Below, one piece after another: positions 28,570-40,006 of a stretch of DNA of 55,613 bases. Source of the stretch: Caulobacteraceae bacterium (lineage in GTDB: Bacteria; Pseudomonadota; Alphaproteobacteria; Caulobacterales; Caulobacteraceae); the NCBI GenBank assembly GCA_043784385.1, contig JAYVYH010000136.1, positions 1-55,613 on the forward strand. The letters are read 5' to 3'. The notes under the pieces were generated by a model. That model made no database searches. It worked only from the letters and a program-made list of their open reading frames with translations, and was not told the origin of the DNA. Both the position numbers and the translations under genes were made by a program. Numbering within the stretch: the stretch's first letter is position 1; each line of letters begins with the position of its first letter.

Positions 28570-29021
28570 TGACCAAATTGATCGCTGAAAACCGGCGAGC
28601 TCGGTTTGACTATTTTCTTGAGGAAACCTTTGAAGCGGGCATCTCCCTCACCGGTTCCGAGGTGAAGAGCCTGCGACTGGGCAAGGCCAACATCGCCGAA
28701 TCCTACGCTGGCGCGGATGGGCGGGAGCTTTCGCTCGTGAACGCCTATATCCCCGAATACGGCCCGGCTAATCGCTTCAATCACGAGCCCCGTCGTCCGC
28801 GGCGCCTGCTTCTGCATCGCAAGCAGATCGATAAGCTGCTTGGCGCTGTCCATCGCGACGGCCGCACGATCGTCCCGATCCGCCTCTACTGGAATGAAAA
28901 AGGGACGGCGAAACTGGAACTGGCGCTAGCGAAGGGCAAATCGGCGCCAGACAAGCGCCAGACGGTCGCCGATCGCGATTGGAAACGCGAACAGGGACGA
29001 CTGATGCGCGACAAGGGGTAG
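28566..29021 (+). CDS. smpB: SsrA-binding protein
   Basis: [27 protein letters not shown]. Confidence 0.97.
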   Translation: MMTKLIAENRRARFDYFLEETFEAGISLTGSEVKSLRLGKANIAESYAGADGRELSLVNAYIPEYGPANRFNHEPRRPRRLLLHRKQIDKLLGAVHRDGRTIVPIRLYWNEKGTAKLELALAKGKSAPDKRQTVADRDWKREQGRLMRDKG

Positions 29022-29119
29022 TTGGCGGATTTGTTCGAGTGCTTAGCTTTGGTTAGGTGAACAGTCACCGTTAAACACAGGGGAGTCGGAAACGGGCCTC
29101 TTCTACTGACATCAGCCCT

Positions 29120-29428
29120 ATGGACGCCGCAGCGGTCCGGGTCACACACGTGCGGTTTTTAAAGCCTTCGGTGTAGCCAGTGGGTCCTTAGGTCGCCGCC
29201 TATGTGACCTGGATCGTGCTCTTCGCGATCTGCATGGCGTTGGCCGTACTGATGGGGTTCCGGCTGCACGATATGGAAATCCATGGCGGACCGCGTCATT
29301 TCGGCGATTTCCTGGCCTATTTCTCGCCTTTCGGGCTTCAGCTTCTAGCTGGCGCTCCATCGGTTCTGGTGCTCGACCTTTCGATAAGCGTTAGCCGATG
29401 GTTCGTAAGTCCCAAACAGCGGGCTTAA
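29120..29428 (+). pseudogene. possible small two-TM membrane protein gene (ORF 29204-29428; upstream ATG 29120 in frame across two TAGs)
   Basis: Two hydrophobic stretches; in-frame TAGs at 29174 and 29189. Confidence 0.3.
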
Positions 29429-30063
29429 GCCAATAGCGCTCTGGCCCGCTGAAACACCGCCTCAAACATGGACCGGGTCAAACGGCCGGTATTGGTGTTC
29501 AACCGCGAGCAATGATAGCTGTTGATCACTTTGTAGCCGGCCGCCTCGCTCTCGGCGCCGTGGCCCGATGCTCCGGCGGAGCCCGGCAGACCCAGAGCCT
29601 TCATCACATTTCGGCGGGCGACGTCGCCCAGAGTGACGATGATTCGCAAGCGCGGCAGGGCGGCAATCCTGTTGCTGAGAAAGGGGCGGCAAGCGGCTTC
29701 CTCGGTGGGCAGAGGCTTGTTCCCGGGTGGCGCGCACCGCACCGCATTGGTGATCATGCAGTCACGAAGAATGATCCCGTCATCGGGCCTCGCGTCGTAA
29801 GTTCCCACCGCAAATTTTTGTTTTATGAGTGTTTCGTAGAGCAGCACACCAGCAAAGTCCCCGGTGAAGGGGCGTCCCGTGCGGTTCGCGCCCCGCCGTC
29901 CCGGCGCCAGGCCGACTATCAACAAACGCGCCAAAGGGTCGCCGAAAGACGGCGCCGCGCCATTAAACCAATTGCTATTGGCGGCGCGATTTTCGGCACG
30001 ATATGCGGTCAGCCGCGGGCAGAGTGGGCAATCCCTGAGGGGTTCGGCGACGGGTTCAGTCAT
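29425..30063 (-). CDS. uracil-DNA glycosylase, family 5 (Fe-S)
   Basis: CPLCPRL, GLAPG..GANRTGRPFTGD, VRCAPPGNKP, YHCS..N. Confidence 0.92.
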   Translation of the reverse strand: MTEPVAEPLRDCPLCPRLTAYRAENRAANSNWFNGAAPSFGDPLARLLIVGLAPGRRGANRTGRPFTGDFAGVLLYETLIKQKFAVGTYDARPDDGIILRDCMITNAVRCAPPGNKPLPTEEAACRPFLSNRIAALPRLRIIVTLGDVARRNVMKALGLPGSAGASGHGAESEAAGYKVINSYHCSRLNTNTGRLTRSMFEAVFQRARALLA

Positions 30064-30637
30064 CGACCGGTTCGCGGTTCTCCTGCAGGAAGCGAGGCAG
30101 GCGATCGCGGGGCGCGCGGCCGATGATGTCGGACAAATCCGCCAGATCGACGAATGAGTCCGCCTGACGACGCAGGTCGTCGGACGCCATGGGTGGCTGG
30201 GACTTGAGGGTGGAGACCACGGTAACGCGGACGCCACGGCGCTGCACGGCGGCCACAAGATAGGAGAAGTCGCTGTCGCCAGAAAATAGAACGAAATGAT
30301 CAGCCTTGGGCGTGAGTTCCAGCATGTCTACGGCCAGTTCCATATCCATATCGCCGCGATAGCGCTTTCGACCCTCGCGATCGGTAAATTCCTTGGCCGG
30401 CTTGGTCACGAGGGTGAAGCCGTTATAGTCCAGCCAATCGACGAGGGGGCGGATCGGGGAATAGTCCTGATCCTCCACCAGGGTGGTGTAATAGTAAGCT
30501 CGAATAAGCAGGCCGCGTTTTCGGAACTCGTCCAGCAATCGCTTGAAGTCGATGTCGAACCCGAGATTTTTCGCGGCGGCATGAAGGTTGGCCCCGTCGA
30601 TAAACAAGGCGAGTCGGTCGGTCGGGTAAAAAGTCAC
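30056..30637 (-). CDS. NYN-domain (LabA/DUF88) protein
   Basis: FIDGANL, D.ELAVD, LFSGDSDF, LRRQADSF. Confidence 0.93.
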   Translation of the reverse strand: MTFYPTDRLALFIDGANLHAAAKNLGFDIDFKRLLDEFRKRGLLIRAYYYTTLVEDQDYSPIRPLVDWLDYNGFTLVTKPAKEFTDREGRKRYRGDMDMELAVDMLELTPKADHFVLFSGDSDFSYLVAAVQRRGVRVTVVSTLKSQPPMASDDLRRQADSFVDLADLSDIIGRAPRDRLPRFLQENREPVDD

Positions 30638-30646
30638 GGTGAGTCC

Positions 30647-31189
30647 TTGTCAAATATAAAAGATAGAAATTTTTGTGGAGCGATTTGTGTCGCTCTTGGA
30701 TCTAATCTTCGCGGGCAGTATCCGTCAGTACGAGCCCAGTTGGAAGCCGTGCTAGACGCGTTTCCCAGCGCCGGGCTCAAAGCCGCCGCAACCTCGCGTT
30801 GGTGGCGATCAACATCCTGGCCCGATGCGACGCATCCTGACTATCTCAACGGCGTTGTCCTTGTCGAGACGGGGTTTGGTCCAAGAGAAACCCTTGATTG
30901 CCTGCTGCGGCTGGAGATGACGTTCGGCCGCCACCGCGGCGCGCTCAACAGCCCGCGCACCCTGGATCTTGACCTGATCGCGCACGGGCGGACGATTAGA
31001 AATGAGCCGGATTTCAATCTGCCACACCCTCGCGCTCACAACCGTCGTTTCGTAATGGGTCCGCTGGCGGAGATTGCGCCGACCTGGGTGCACCCCGTTC
31101 TGGGGAAAACCGCAGAAGCCCTGGCTTGGACCGCGGAAGTCGGTGTTGATGCGGCGCCTGTCATTGCAAAATTGGGCGGAGACGACTAA
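30647..31189 (+). CDS. folK: 2-amino-4-hydroxy-6-hydroxymethyldihydropteridine diphosphokinase
   Basis: ALGSNL, YLNGV, PRTLDLDLI, LPHPR..R.FV..PL; start uncertain (TTG 30647). Confidence 0.92.
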   Translation: MSNIKDRNFCGAICVALGSNLRGQYPSVRAQLEAVLDAFPSAGLKAAATSRWWRSTSWPDATHPDYLNGVVLVETGFGPRETLDCLLRLEMTFGRHRGALNSPRTLDLDLIAHGRTIRNEPDFNLPHPRAHNRRFVMGPLAEIAPTWVHPVLGKTAEALAWTAEVGVDAAPVIAKLGGDD

Positions 31190-31223
31190 GGTGAAGGATT
31201 GATCCCCTTATATGCGAGAGTTC

Positions 31224-31583
31224 ATGGCCCGCGTCACCGTCGAAGATTGCGTCCTCAAGGTTCCCAACCGCTTCAACCTGGTTCTGTTGGCGGCCAATCG
31301 CGCGCGCGCGATAGCCGCCGGTTCGCCCCTAACCCTGGACCGGGACAACGACAAGAACCCGGTGGTGGCCCTGCGTGAAATCGCCGAGGACATGGTCAAT
31401 CCGACGGAACTACGCGAGACGCTGATCAGCAGCTTGCAGCGGGTGGACGAGCATTCGGAAGCCGAGGAAGAGGCGGAAACCCTGGCCCTTCTGGCCGACC
31501 CCAGCCACGCCCAGATGAGCGAGCAGGAACTGGTGCGCGCCCTGCAGAGCGACCGGGATGGCGGCCAGGAGGAGCGCTACTGA
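31224..31583 (+). CDS. rpoZ: RNA polymerase omega subunit
   Basis: MARVTVEDC...NRFNLVLLA...[11 protein letters not shown]. Confidence 0.97.
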   Translation: MARVTVEDCVLKVPNRFNLVLLAANRARAIAAGSPLTLDRDNDKNPVVALREIAEDMVNPTELRETLISSLQRVDEHSEAEEEAETLALLADPSHAQMSEQELVRALQSDRDGGQEERY

Positions 31584-33841
31584 GCCTCGAGGCCGTCCAA
31601 GGTTCCGCTCCATCTTCAAGCACGCTCGCCCCGACGTCGGAGCAGACTCCGGCCAAGCCAAGGGCGGCCGCGCCCAAATTTCTACGCCAATATGAACTGA
31701 TAGAACGCGTCCGCGCTTACGATCCAAGCGCGGATGAGGCGCTGATAAATCGCGCCTATGTCTATGCCGTGCGCATGCACGGCAACCAAAAGCGAGCCTC
31801 AGGCGACCCATATTTCGCGCACCCGATCGAAGTGGCCGGCATCCTAACCGACTACCGACTGGACACGGCCAGCATCGTAACGGCGCTGCTCCACGATGTG
31901 ATCGAAGACACCGACGTGACACGTGAAGAGATCGACCGGCTGTTTGGGGTGGAAGTAGGCGAACTGGTTGAAGGCGTCACCAAGCTCTCGCGCCTGGAGG
32001 CCACCGCCGACTACAAGCGACAGGCCGAGAACCTTCGGAAGTTCATTCTGGCGGTCTCGAAAGATGTGCGGGTGCTGCTGGTGAAGCTGGCGGATCGCCT
32101 GCACAACATGCGCACCCTGCAGTTCATCAACAGCCCCGCGAAACGCGAGCGAATTGCTCGCGAGACGCTGGATATCTATGCGCCGCTGGCCAGATCGATA
32201 GGCTGCCACCGCATCTGTTCAGAACTGGAAGAACTGGCTTTCACCCATCTCAATCCCAAGGCGCGCGATGCGATCATTCGCCGCCTGGACGGACTGCGGG
32301 CCGGCCAGGGCGGCGCCGTCGCCCTGGCCAACGCCGAGGTGGCCAAGGCGCTGCAAGCCGCCGGCGTCACCTGCCGCGTGGTTGGACGTGAGAAGAACGC
32401 CTATTCAATCTGGCGCAAGCTACAGCGAAAATCCCTTGGATTTGCTCAGCTTTCCGACATCTATGGTTTCCGCGTGATCGTCGAAACCGAGGATGACTGC
32501 TATCGCGCCTTGGGGATCATTCATCGCGCCTGGCCCTGTGTGCCCGACAGGTTCAAAGACTTCATCTCGATTCCCAAACGCAACAACTACCGCTCAATCC
32601 ACACTACGGTCGTCGGACCCCGCGCCATGCGGATTGAGATGCAGATTCGCACGGAGGCAATGGACCGAGTCGCCGAACAGGGCGTTGCGGCCCACTGGCG
32701 CTACAAAAACAAGACCTACGCCTTCGATCCTGAATCGGCGGCGGAAGCGGGCGGTTCCGACCCACTGCTGAACATTCGGCAACTGGTGCAGGTTCTGGAG
32801 CAGGGCGGCGACGCGGACGATCTGCTTGAGCATGCCAAACTCGACATGTTTCTCGACCAAGTATTTGTTTTTACCCCTAAAGGCCGACTCGTCAGTCTAC
32901 CGAGCGGCGCCATGCCCCTGGATTTCGCTTACGCGGTGCATACGAATGTGGGTGACACCTGCCTCGGCGTTAAGATCAACGGTGAACTTCGGCCAATGCG
33001 CACGGTACTCACCAATGGTGACGTGGTCGAAGTCGTCAGAGGCACCACGCCATCGACGCCGGTGGATTGGCCCAGCCTGACGGTAACTGGACGCGCGCGG
33101 TCCGCGATCCGTCGCCACATGCGCCAGTCGGAACGTGAAGAGTATCAGCGGCTCGGCAAAATCGCCCTGGAAGACACGTTTGCGCGTGCCGGGAAGGCTC
33201 TGTCGGAGTTGTCCCTTCGTCCGGCCTTGGATCGGTTCGCGGCCTCGGCTGAATCGGAGATCTTCCAGGCGGTTGGTCGGGGGCGAATTTCGCCTACCCA
33301 GGTGCTGGAGGCTATCTTTCCGGGCCTTACAGACACGGCCAAGGCAGCGGCGACGGCGCGCATGCGCATCGACGATCGTCTGGCCCACCTTTATCTGCGT
33401 GGTAGTGGGCTGATTGAGGGAGAAGCGCTTCACTTCGCGCCATGCTGCAATCCCCTGCCCGGAGACAGGATCGTCGGGATCGCTGAACCCAACAACAGCC
33501 TGGCGATCCACACGATCGATTGCGGCAATCTGGCGCAATATGAAGACCGGGAATCGCTCTGGCGCGATCTGCAGTGGACCGTCGAGGCCGAGCGCAACAC
33601 GCTGTCGGATGCGCGCCTCAACGCCACCATTCGAGATGCGCCCGGCGTCATGGGCCAAGCCTGCACCATCATCGGCGAGGCCGGTGGTAACATCATCGGC
33701 GTCAATATGAGGCGGCGCCATTCGGATTTCTTCGACGTCGACTTCGACATCGAGGTCAAGGATGCCCGTCACCTCACTCACATCGCCGCGGCCCTTCGCG
33801 CCAACCCCAGCATCGAGACCGTCGAGCGGGCGCGAGGTTGA
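31580..33841 (+). CDS. spoT: bifunctional (p)ppGpp synthetase/hydrolase (candidate CTG start 31580)
   Basis: [39 protein letters not shown] and ACT domains; conserved [11 protein letters not shown] lies upstream of the track's GTG 31769. Confidence 0.95.
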   Translation: MSLEAVQGSAPSSSTLAPTSEQTPAKPRAAAPKFLRQYELIERVRAYDPSADEALINRAYVYAVRMHGNQKRASGDPYFAHPIEVAGILTDYRLDTASIVTALLHDVIEDTDVTREEIDRLFGVEVGELVEGVTKLSRLEATADYKRQAENLRKFILAVSKDVRVLLVKLADRLHNMRTLQFINSPAKRERIARETLDIYAPLARSIGCHRICSELEELAFTHLNPKARDAIIRRLDGLRAGQGGAVALANAEVAKALQAAGVTCRVVGREKNAYSIWRKLQRKSLGFAQLSDIYGFRVIVETEDDCYRALGIIHRAWPCVPDRFKDFISIPKRNNYRSIHTTVVGPRAMRIEMQIRTEAMDRVAEQGVAAHWRYKNKTYAFDPESAAEAGGSDPLLNIRQLVQVLEQGGDADDLLEHAKLDMFLDQVFVFTPKGRLVSLPSGAMPLDFAYAVHTNVGDTCLGVKINGELRPMRTVLTNGDVVEVVRGTTPSTPVDWPSLTVTGRARSAIRRHMRQSEREEYQRLGKIALEDTFARAGKALSELSLRPALDRFAASAESEIFQAVGRGRISPTQVLEAIFPGLTDTAKAAATARMRIDDRLAHLYLRGSGLIEGEALHFAPCCNPLPGDRIVGIAEPNNSLAIHTIDCGNLAQYEDRESLWRDLQWTVEAERNTLSDARLNATIRDAPGVMGQACTIIGEAGGNIIGVNMRRRHSDFFDVDFDIEVKDARHLTHIAAALRANPSIETVERARG

Positions 33842-33889
33842 AGGAATCAAGGATATTCTCGGCCACCGCGTCGGTGTATTCAGCCAACC

Positions 33890-34474
33890 ATGACAAACGA
33901 AGACGTCCTGAAGGAATTCCGCGAAGCTGGCGCCCTGCGTGAAGGGCACTTCATCCTGTCGTCGGGACTTCACAGCGGCGTCTTCCTGCAGAAAAATCTG
34001 GTGTTCATGCATCCGGACCGTTGCGAGCGGCTCTGCCGGGCCCTTGCCGCCGTCATCACCGCCAGGGTCGGACCGGTCGATGTCTGCGTGTCTCCGGCCG
34101 TGGGCGGCATCATTCCCGGCTATGAAACCGCCCGCCATCTGGGCGTGCCGTCGATCTATGTCGAGCGGGAGGCGGGCGTGTTCAAATTCCGTCGGGGTTT
34201 CAGCATCAAGCCCGGCGCTCGCGTGGCGATGGTCGAGGATATAGTTTCCACTGGTCTTTCCTCGCGAGAGTGCGTGGAGGCCATCCGCGCCGCGGGCGGC
34301 GAGGTGGTCTGCGCGGCCTGTCTCGTGGATCGCTCTGGCGGCCGGGCCGATTCTGGCGCCCCCCTGGTCGCCCTGGCGACACTTGATGTCCCGGCATGGC
34401 CGGCTGACGCACTGCCGCCGGAACTGGCGGCCATTCCCACCGAAGACCCTGGTAGCCGGAGGCTTGGCGCTTGA
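33890..34474 (+). CDS. pyrE: orotate phosphoribosyltransferase
   Basis: [19 protein letters not shown]. Confidence 0.95.
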   Translation: MTNEDVLKEFREAGALREGHFILSSGLHSGVFLQKNLVFMHPDRCERLCRALAAVITARVGPVDVCVSPAVGGIIPGYETARHLGVPSIYVEREAGVFKFRRGFSIKPGARVAMVEDIVSTGLSSRECVEAIRAAGGEVVCAACLVDRSGGRADSGAPLVALATLDVPAWPADALPPELAAIPTEDPGSRRLGA

Positions 34475-35283
34475 ACGTTCGCATTACTCCCCACCAACCC
34501 GCGCCTCTCCGGCTTGGCATCAACATTGATCACGTGGCCACCATCCGGAATGCGCGGGGAGAGGCCTATCCGGACCCTGCCCGCGCCGCCGAAGTGGCGA
34601 TGCTCGCCGGAGCCGACGGAATAACCGCGCACCTGCGCGAGGATCGTCGGCACATTTCAGACGCCGATATAGATGCGCTTGCGGCGCTGACCCGGCAGCG
34701 CGGTCGCCCCCTGAACCTTGAGATGGCCGTCACACTCGAGATGGAAGCCATAGCCCTGGCTCACAAGCCACATGCCGTGTGCCTGGTTCCGGAACGGCGA
34801 GAAGAGGTCACCACGGAGGGGGGCCTGGACGTCGCTGGCCAGCATAATCGCATCGCGCCGGTGGTCGGCAGCCTCAAGGCGGCAGGTGTGCGGGTGTCGC
34901 TGTTCATCGAACCCGACCCGCTTCAAATCGCGGCCGCCCACGCTGTCGGCGCCGATGTCGTCGAACTGCATACCGGCGCCTATTGCCTGGCCGTGCGCGA
35001 ACGCCGGCCCGAGGCGGAGGCGCTGTTCACCCGCCTTCGCGAAGGTGCGGCCCTGGCCGCCAGCCTGAGCCTGGAAGTCCACGCCGGCCATGGCATCGAT
35101 TACGAGACCGTTTCCGAGGTGGCTGCCATTCCGGAGCTTGCTGAACTCAACATCGGTCACTTTCTGATCGGGGAAGCCATTTTCACCGGCCTGGACGCCG
35201 CAATCCGCCGCATGCGCGCTTTGATGGACGCCGCCCGAGCAAGACCATGGGTGCATCCCGAACCTCAAGAGGCGGCGGCTTGA
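34471..35283 (+). CDS. pdxJ: pyridoxine 5'-phosphate synthase
   Basis: [34 protein letters not shown]. Confidence 0.97.
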   Translation: MNVRITPHQPAPLRLGINIDHVATIRNARGEAYPDPARAAEVAMLAGADGITAHLREDRRHISDADIDALAALTRQRGRPLNLEMAVTLEMEAIALAHKPHAVCLVPERREEVTTEGGLDVAGQHNRIAPVVGSLKAAGVRVSLFIEPDPLQIAAAHAVGADVVELHTGAYCLAVRERRPEAEALFTRLREGAALAASLSLEVHAGHGIDYETVSEVAAIPELAELNIGHFLIGEAIFTGLDAAIRRMRALMDAARARPWVHPEPQEAAA

Positions 35284-35699
35284 TCCTCGGCATAGGTTCC
35301 GACCTAACCGACATCCGTCGCATCGAACAGACGCTCTTAAGGTTCGAAGGTCGGTTTGAGGCGCGCGTTTTCACCGATATCGAGCGCGCCAGGTCGGATC
35401 GAAAACCTAGTCGCGCCGCCAGCTACGCGAAGCGGTTCGCCGCAAAGGAGGCCTGCGCCAAGGCCTTAGGCACGGGAATTCGTCGGGCGGTGTTCTGGAA
35501 GGACATGGGCGTGGTCAACGCCCGGTCCGGCCAGCCGACACTGGCGCTTACGGGGGGGGCGGCCGAGCGCTTGGCGGCTTTGACGCCGCCAGGAACTCGA
35601 GTCGTCATTCACCTCTCGCTGACCGATGATCACCCCTACGCCCAGGCGTTCGTGGTTATCGAGGCCGTCGCCGGCCAGCCGTCAATGCCGAGCCCCTAG
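35280..35699 (+). CDS. acpS: holo-ACP synthase
   Basis: [28 protein letters not shown]. Confidence 0.96.
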   Translation: MILGIGSDLTDIRRIEQTLLRFEGRFEARVFTDIERARSDRKPSRAASYAKRFAAKEACAKALGTGIRRAVFWKDMGVVNARSGQPTLALTGGAAERLAALTPPGTRVVIHLSLTDDHPYAQAFVVIEAVAGQPSMPSP

Positions 35700-35765
35700 G
35701 CCTGCGCAGCCATCATCAACGCGTCGATCGCCCGATCCCCCTATGTGTTCTTGAAAGCCTCTGAC

Positions 35766-36659
35766 ATGACCCACGTTCAAGCCGCCGAAAAGGAGGTGAA
35801 AGCCAGACCGAGCGCAGCCGGCGAGGCCATCGAGATGATCAAGACAGTTGTCTTCGCGCTGGGCATCGCGCTGGTAATCCGCACATTTCTTTTCCAGCCC
35901 TACACGATCCCTTCGGGTTCGGAGGAACCCAATCTGTATCGCGGCGACTACATCATCGTATCGAAATGGTCCTATGGCTTCAGCCATCACTCAATTCTGG
36001 GCAGCCCGCCGTTGTTCAAGGGCAGGCTGTTCTTCCATGTGCCCACACGAGGCGACATTATCGTCTTCAAACTGCCCAGCGATGGTCACACTGACTATAT
36101 CAAGCGGTTGGTGGGCCTTCCTGGCGACCGGATCCAGGTTCGTCAGGGCCAGCTTGTCATCAACGGCAAGCCGCTGACCAGACGGGCCGAACGAATGGCC
36201 CAAGCTGTTCAGAGCCGGGGAGCCTACAACGAGCCCGCGCCAATTCCCGCCGCAATGGTTCGCGAGACCAATCCCGAAGGCCGCGTCTACCTAACCCAGA
36301 TTCTGGCGGGGGGTGGCCAAGCCGACAACACCGGAGTGTATGTCGTTCCCCAACACTGCTATTTCATGATGGGGGACAACCGCGACAATTCCGCCGACAG
36401 CCGCTTTGATTCCGGGCTCGCCCCAGATAATCGAAAACTGGGTGGATGCGGCTGGGATAGCCGCCTAGACGCCGCTGTTGGTAACGGTTCGGGCGTTGGT
36501 TTCGTACCGGAAGAAAACCTTGTGGGCCGCGCGCTGATTATTCTGCTGTCCTGGAACACTGGCGTGGACGAGTGGCACAATAAGGGGGCCTCCCCCTTCA
36601 AGCCGTGGACCTGGATCACGGACCTGCGACCTACCCGCTTCCTGAACGTGCTGAAATAG
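35766..36659 (+). CDS. lepB: signal peptidase I
   Basis: IPSGS, YIKRLVGLPGD, MMGDNRDNSADSR. Confidence 0.96.
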   Translation: MTHVQAAEKEVKARPSAAGEAIEMIKTVVFALGIALVIRTFLFQPYTIPSGSEEPNLYRGDYIIVSKWSYGFSHHSILGSPPLFKGRLFFHVPTRGDIIVFKLPSDGHTDYIKRLVGLPGDRIQVRQGQLVINGKPLTRRAERMAQAVQSRGAYNEPAPIPAAMVRETNPEGRVYLTQILAGGGQADNTGVYVVPQHCYFMMGDNRDNSADSRFDSGLAPDNRKLGGCGWDSRLDAAVGNGSGVGFVPEENLVGRALIILLSWNTGVDEWHNKGASPFKPWTWITDLRPTRFLNVLK

Positions 36660-36673
36660 ATGAGGATGGATCG

Positions 36674-37372
36674 TTGAACAGGCGCGTGGCCGCCATCGAC
36701 GCGCTCGAGGCGCGCCTGGGACATGTATTCGCTGACCGCGCCCTGCTGGAGCGCGCTCTGACCCACGCCAGCGCTAGCCAAGGCGCCCGCAAGTTGCCGG
36801 ACAATGAGCGTCTCGAATTCCTTGGGGATCGTGTCCTGGGTCTCGTCATGGCGCATGCCTTGATGTCGCGGGACGGCGAGGCCACGGCCGGCGTACTCTC
36901 CAAGCAACTGGCGGGGTTGGTCAGCCGGCAAGCGTGCGCGCGCGCCGCTCGGGCGGCGGGACTTGGCGACGCCTTGAGACTGCAAGGCGGTGAGACCAGG
37001 CGCGGCGCCAGAGATCACGAAAGTATCTTGGCGGATGCCTGTGAGGCGGTTATCGCGGCGCTTTATCTGGAGTTGGGCCTGGATGGAGCGGGCGGGATCA
37101 TACTTTCGCTTTGGGCGCCGATGCTGGAGGAACCAGTAGATCTTGCCATCGCCGACCCGAAGTCCGCGCTGCAAGAGTGGGCGGCGGCCAATGGCAGGCC
37201 CCCGCCAGTCTATCGCCTGGTTTCGCGCACGGGGCCGGACCATGAGCCTCAATTCACCCTTGAAGTGTCTATAGACGAGACGATGTCGGCCGTAGGTGTC
37301 GGCGGATCGCTCCAGGTGGCCCAAAAAGTGGCTGCCTTGAGCCTGTTGATGCGCCAAAGGGGCCAAGCATGA
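36674..37372 (+). CDS. rnc: ribonuclease III
   Basis: NERLEFLGDRVL, ADACEA, DPKSALQEW. Confidence 0.96.
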   Translation: MNRRVAAIDALEARLGHVFADRALLERALTHASASQGARKLPDNERLEFLGDRVLGLVMAHALMSRDGEATAGVLSKQLAGLVSRQACARAARAAGLGDALRLQGGETRRGARDHESILADACEAVIAALYLELGLDGAGGIILSLWAPMLEEPVDLAIADPKSALQEWAAANGRPPPVYRLVSRTGPDHEPQFTLEVSIDETMSAVGVGGSLQVAQKVAALSLLMRQRGQA

Positions 37373-38301
37373 CTCGGGCGGGCTTCGTGGCGGTTATCGG
37401 GGCGCCGAACGCCGGCAAATCCACCCTGGTGAACAGGCTGGTGGGCACCAAGGTCTCCATTGTCACCCAGAAAGTGCAGACCACCCGTTTTCCGGTCCGA
37501 GGCGTGGCCATCGAGGGCGAAAGCCAGATGGTGCTGGTGGACACGCCAGGTATCTTCAAGCCACGCCGACGTCTGGATCGGGCGATGGTGCGGGCGGCCT
37601 GGGGGCGTGCGGAGGACGCCGATGCGGTGGTGCATCTGGTCGACGCCAACGCGGAGATCGATGTGGCGGCGGGGGCTGGTACTGCCGCCGATCGCAAGGC
37701 GGCCGGTGACGTGGCGATGATCGTCGAGGGCCTCAGGCACGCGTCCCGCAAGGCGATCCTGGCGCTTAACAAGATCGATCTCGTCCGTCGCGACAGTCTT
37801 CTCGCGCTGACCCAAAACCTATTCCAGTCAGGTGTCTATGACGAGGTTTTCATGATTAGCGCCGCCGATGGCGCCGGTGTCGGCGACCTCAAGCAGCGTC
37901 TTGCCACCGTGATTCCCGAAGGACCATGGTTTTACCCCGCCGATCAGAGCGCCGACATCCCAGCCCGGCTACTGGCCGCCGAGATTACCCGAGAAAAGGT
38001 TTATCTGCGGGTGCACGAGGAACTCCCATACGCCGCCAGTGTGGAGACCACCGCCTTTCAGGAACGCCCGGATGGAAGCCTGAGGATCGAACAAAGCGTC
38101 TATGTCGAGCGCGACGGCCAGCGGGGCATACTGCTCGGCAAAGGTGGCCAGACGTTGAAATGGATCGGCGAGGCCTCTCGTCTCGAACTGACCGAATTGC
38201 TGGAGCGACGGGTACACCTGTTCCTGCATGTCAAGGTCAAGGCGACCTGGGCCGAGGATCGGGGCTTCTTCCAGGACGTCGGCCTGGACTTCGACGTATA
38301 A
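37369..38301 (+). CDS. era: GTPase Era
   Basis: GAPNAGKST, QTTR, DTPG, NKID, KH domain. Confidence 0.97.
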   Translation: MTRAGFVAVIGAPNAGKSTLVNRLVGTKVSIVTQKVQTTRFPVRGVAIEGESQMVLVDTPGIFKPRRRLDRAMVRAAWGRAEDADAVVHLVDANAEIDVAAGAGTAADRKAAGDVAMIVEGLRHASRKAILALNKIDLVRRDSLLALTQNLFQSGVYDEVFMISAADGAGVGDLKQRLATVIPEGPWFYPADQSADIPARLLAAEITREKVYLRVHEELPYAASVETTAFQERPDGSLRIEQSVYVERDGQRGILLGKGGQTLKWIGEASRLELTELLERRVHLFLHVKVKATWAEDRGFFQDVGLDFDV

Positions 38302-38313
38302 GCCCGGTGCGCC

Positions 38314-39045
38314 GTGGAATTTGAGGACGACGGATTCGTGCTCGTATCCCGCGCTCACGGCGAGGCTGGGGCGATCGTCGAAATTCTTACGGCCCAACAC
38401 GGGCGATGGGCGGCCCACGTCGCCGGAGGCGCCTCCCGGCGGATGAGGCCCGTGCTACAACCCGGGTCACGGGTTCGCATGGCCTATCGCGCGAGAGTTG
38501 CCGATCAGCTGGGCTCGGCGCGGTTGGAGGCGAAAGGCGAGGGGGCTTCGATCCTGTTCGACGACCCTTTGGCGCTCTCCGCGCTGGCCGCCGCCGCGGC
38601 CGTCGTGGCCGGAGCCTTGCCGGAGCGCGAGCCACATCCTGGCGCCTTTTTCGCCTTCCAGGCGCTCCTGAACGCTCTGGAGTTTACAGACATCTGGCCG
38701 GCGGTTCTGGTACGTTTTGAGATGGGCCTGCTGCAGGAACTGGGCTTCGGGCTAGACCTTTCGCGGTGCGCGGTCACGGGCTCGCTTGATGATCTCGTCT
38801 GGGTGAGCCCCCGGACCGGGCGGGCGGTGAGCGCGGCCGCTGGAGAGCCTTACCGCGATCGGCTGCTGGTTCTGCCGCCCTTCCTGCTCTCGGCTCAGGG
38901 ACGGCTCTCTCCTGGCGATATCGCCGCTGGGCTGACGCTGACCGGGCAATTTTTGCGGGATTTCGTGTTCGCGGCTCTCAACAGACCGCTTCCACCCGCC
39001 CGCGCGCGCCTGATTGAGCTCCTGGACGCCGCCGGCCTCCTGTAG
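38314..39045 (+). CDS. recO: DNA repair protein RecO
   Basis: HGE...HGRW..V.GG, LPEREPH, LGFGLDLSRCAVTG, VSPRTGRAVS. Confidence 0.96.
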   Translation: MEFEDDGFVLVSRAHGEAGAIVEILTAQHGRWAAHVAGGASRRMRPVLQPGSRVRMAYRARVADQLGSARLEAKGEGASILFDDPLALSALAAAAAVVAGALPEREPHPGAFFAFQALLNALEFTDIWPAVLVRFEMGLLQELGFGLDLSRCAVTGSLDDLVWVSPRTGRAVSAAAGEPYRDRLLVLPPFLLSAQGRLSPGDIAAGLTLTGQFLRDFVFAALNRPLPPARARLIELLDAAGLL

Positions 39046-39056
39046 GTAATCTACCT

Positions 39057-40001
39057 TCATTTGTTGGCGTCGGCGCCCGGTTTGACGAATTTCACCAGCA
39101 CGCGCTGGCCCACGAGAAATGGTGCGCCGTCGGCGCTCACCACCACCTCGACCACCCGCTCGTCCGTGCGTTCGGAGGGATCGTCCGACTGCAGCTTTCG
39201 CGCCCCGAACAAAGCGGCCTGGCGCACAACTTTACCCGAAAACGACCTCGATTGGTCCGATTCCGGAACGATGCGGACGTTCTGGCCAAGAGTGACCACA
39301 GGCAGGGCGTTCTCCGTGACCTCGGCGCGAACGATGCGCGCACCGGCCGGCTCGAGGTCGAACATCGGGGTGACGTTGAGGGTCGAGGCGCCTGTCCCTG
39401 GGTTGGCATAGCGTCGAACGATCACGCCGTTTGCCGGCGCGCGCACTATTGTCTGCTCCAGCCGATACCGGGCCTCGTTGAGCTGGGTCGCGCTTACGTC
39501 AATGGCGGCGCGTTCGGAAACCAGTGACGCTTCCGCGCTAGCTATCGCATCGGCCGCCTGGTCAAGTTGTTGGCCCGAGATAACGCCTGCCAGGGTTTCC
39601 AGCCGTGCCTTTTCGCGGCGCGCGGCGGCAAGCTGGACCTGCGTTATTCCCACCTGGGCCCTGACCTGCGCGAGGTTGGCCTGGGCGGTCTGGACCGCAA
39701 GTCTTGGAGCGTCATCTTCCTGGCGCGCCAGGACCTGGCCCTTGGTCACCATCTGGCCCTCCAGTACGTCGACCTCGCGGACCACGCCGGCGGTGCGAGA
39801 GGCGACCTGAATGATCCCGCCCTCGACGTCGGCTTTGCCCTCGGCCACCGCGGCATAGGGTGTCTGCGCCGGAGCCAGGGCGGTCTTGGCCGATTTCTGG
39901 CCCGCCTGACCGGACCTTGTCATGAACAGACCGATCGTCACGACCGCGATGATCGCCAGGGCGGTGAACCAGGCGGCGGGACGTCGAAGGAAGGCGGACA
40001 T
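39057..40001 (-). CDS. HlyD-family membrane fusion protein of an ABC exporter
   Basis: N-terminal TM, V.EGQ.V.KGQVL, VRAP..G, DERVVEVVV. Confidence 0.9.
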   Translation of the reverse strand: MSAFLRRPAAWFTALAIIAVVTIGLFMTRSGQAGQKSAKTALAPAQTPYAAVAEGKADVEGGIIQVASRTAGVVREVDVLEGQMVTKGQVLARQEDDAPRLAVQTAQANLAQVRAQVGITQVQLAAARREKARLETLAGVISGQQLDQAADAIASAEASLVSERAAIDVSATQLNEARYRLEQTIVRAPANGVIVRRYANPGTGASTLNVTPMFDLEPAGARIVRAEVTENALPVVTLGQNVRIVPESDQSRSFSGKVVRQAALFGARKLQSDDPSERTDERVVEVVVSADGAPFLVGQRVLVKFVKPGADANK

Positions 40002-40006
40002 GGTGG

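Noticed and set aside
29022-29203. tmRNA or other ncRNA next to smpB
   Set aside because: No tRNA-like ends or tag reading frame recognised; only a short GGTGA-ACAG-TCACC hairpin.
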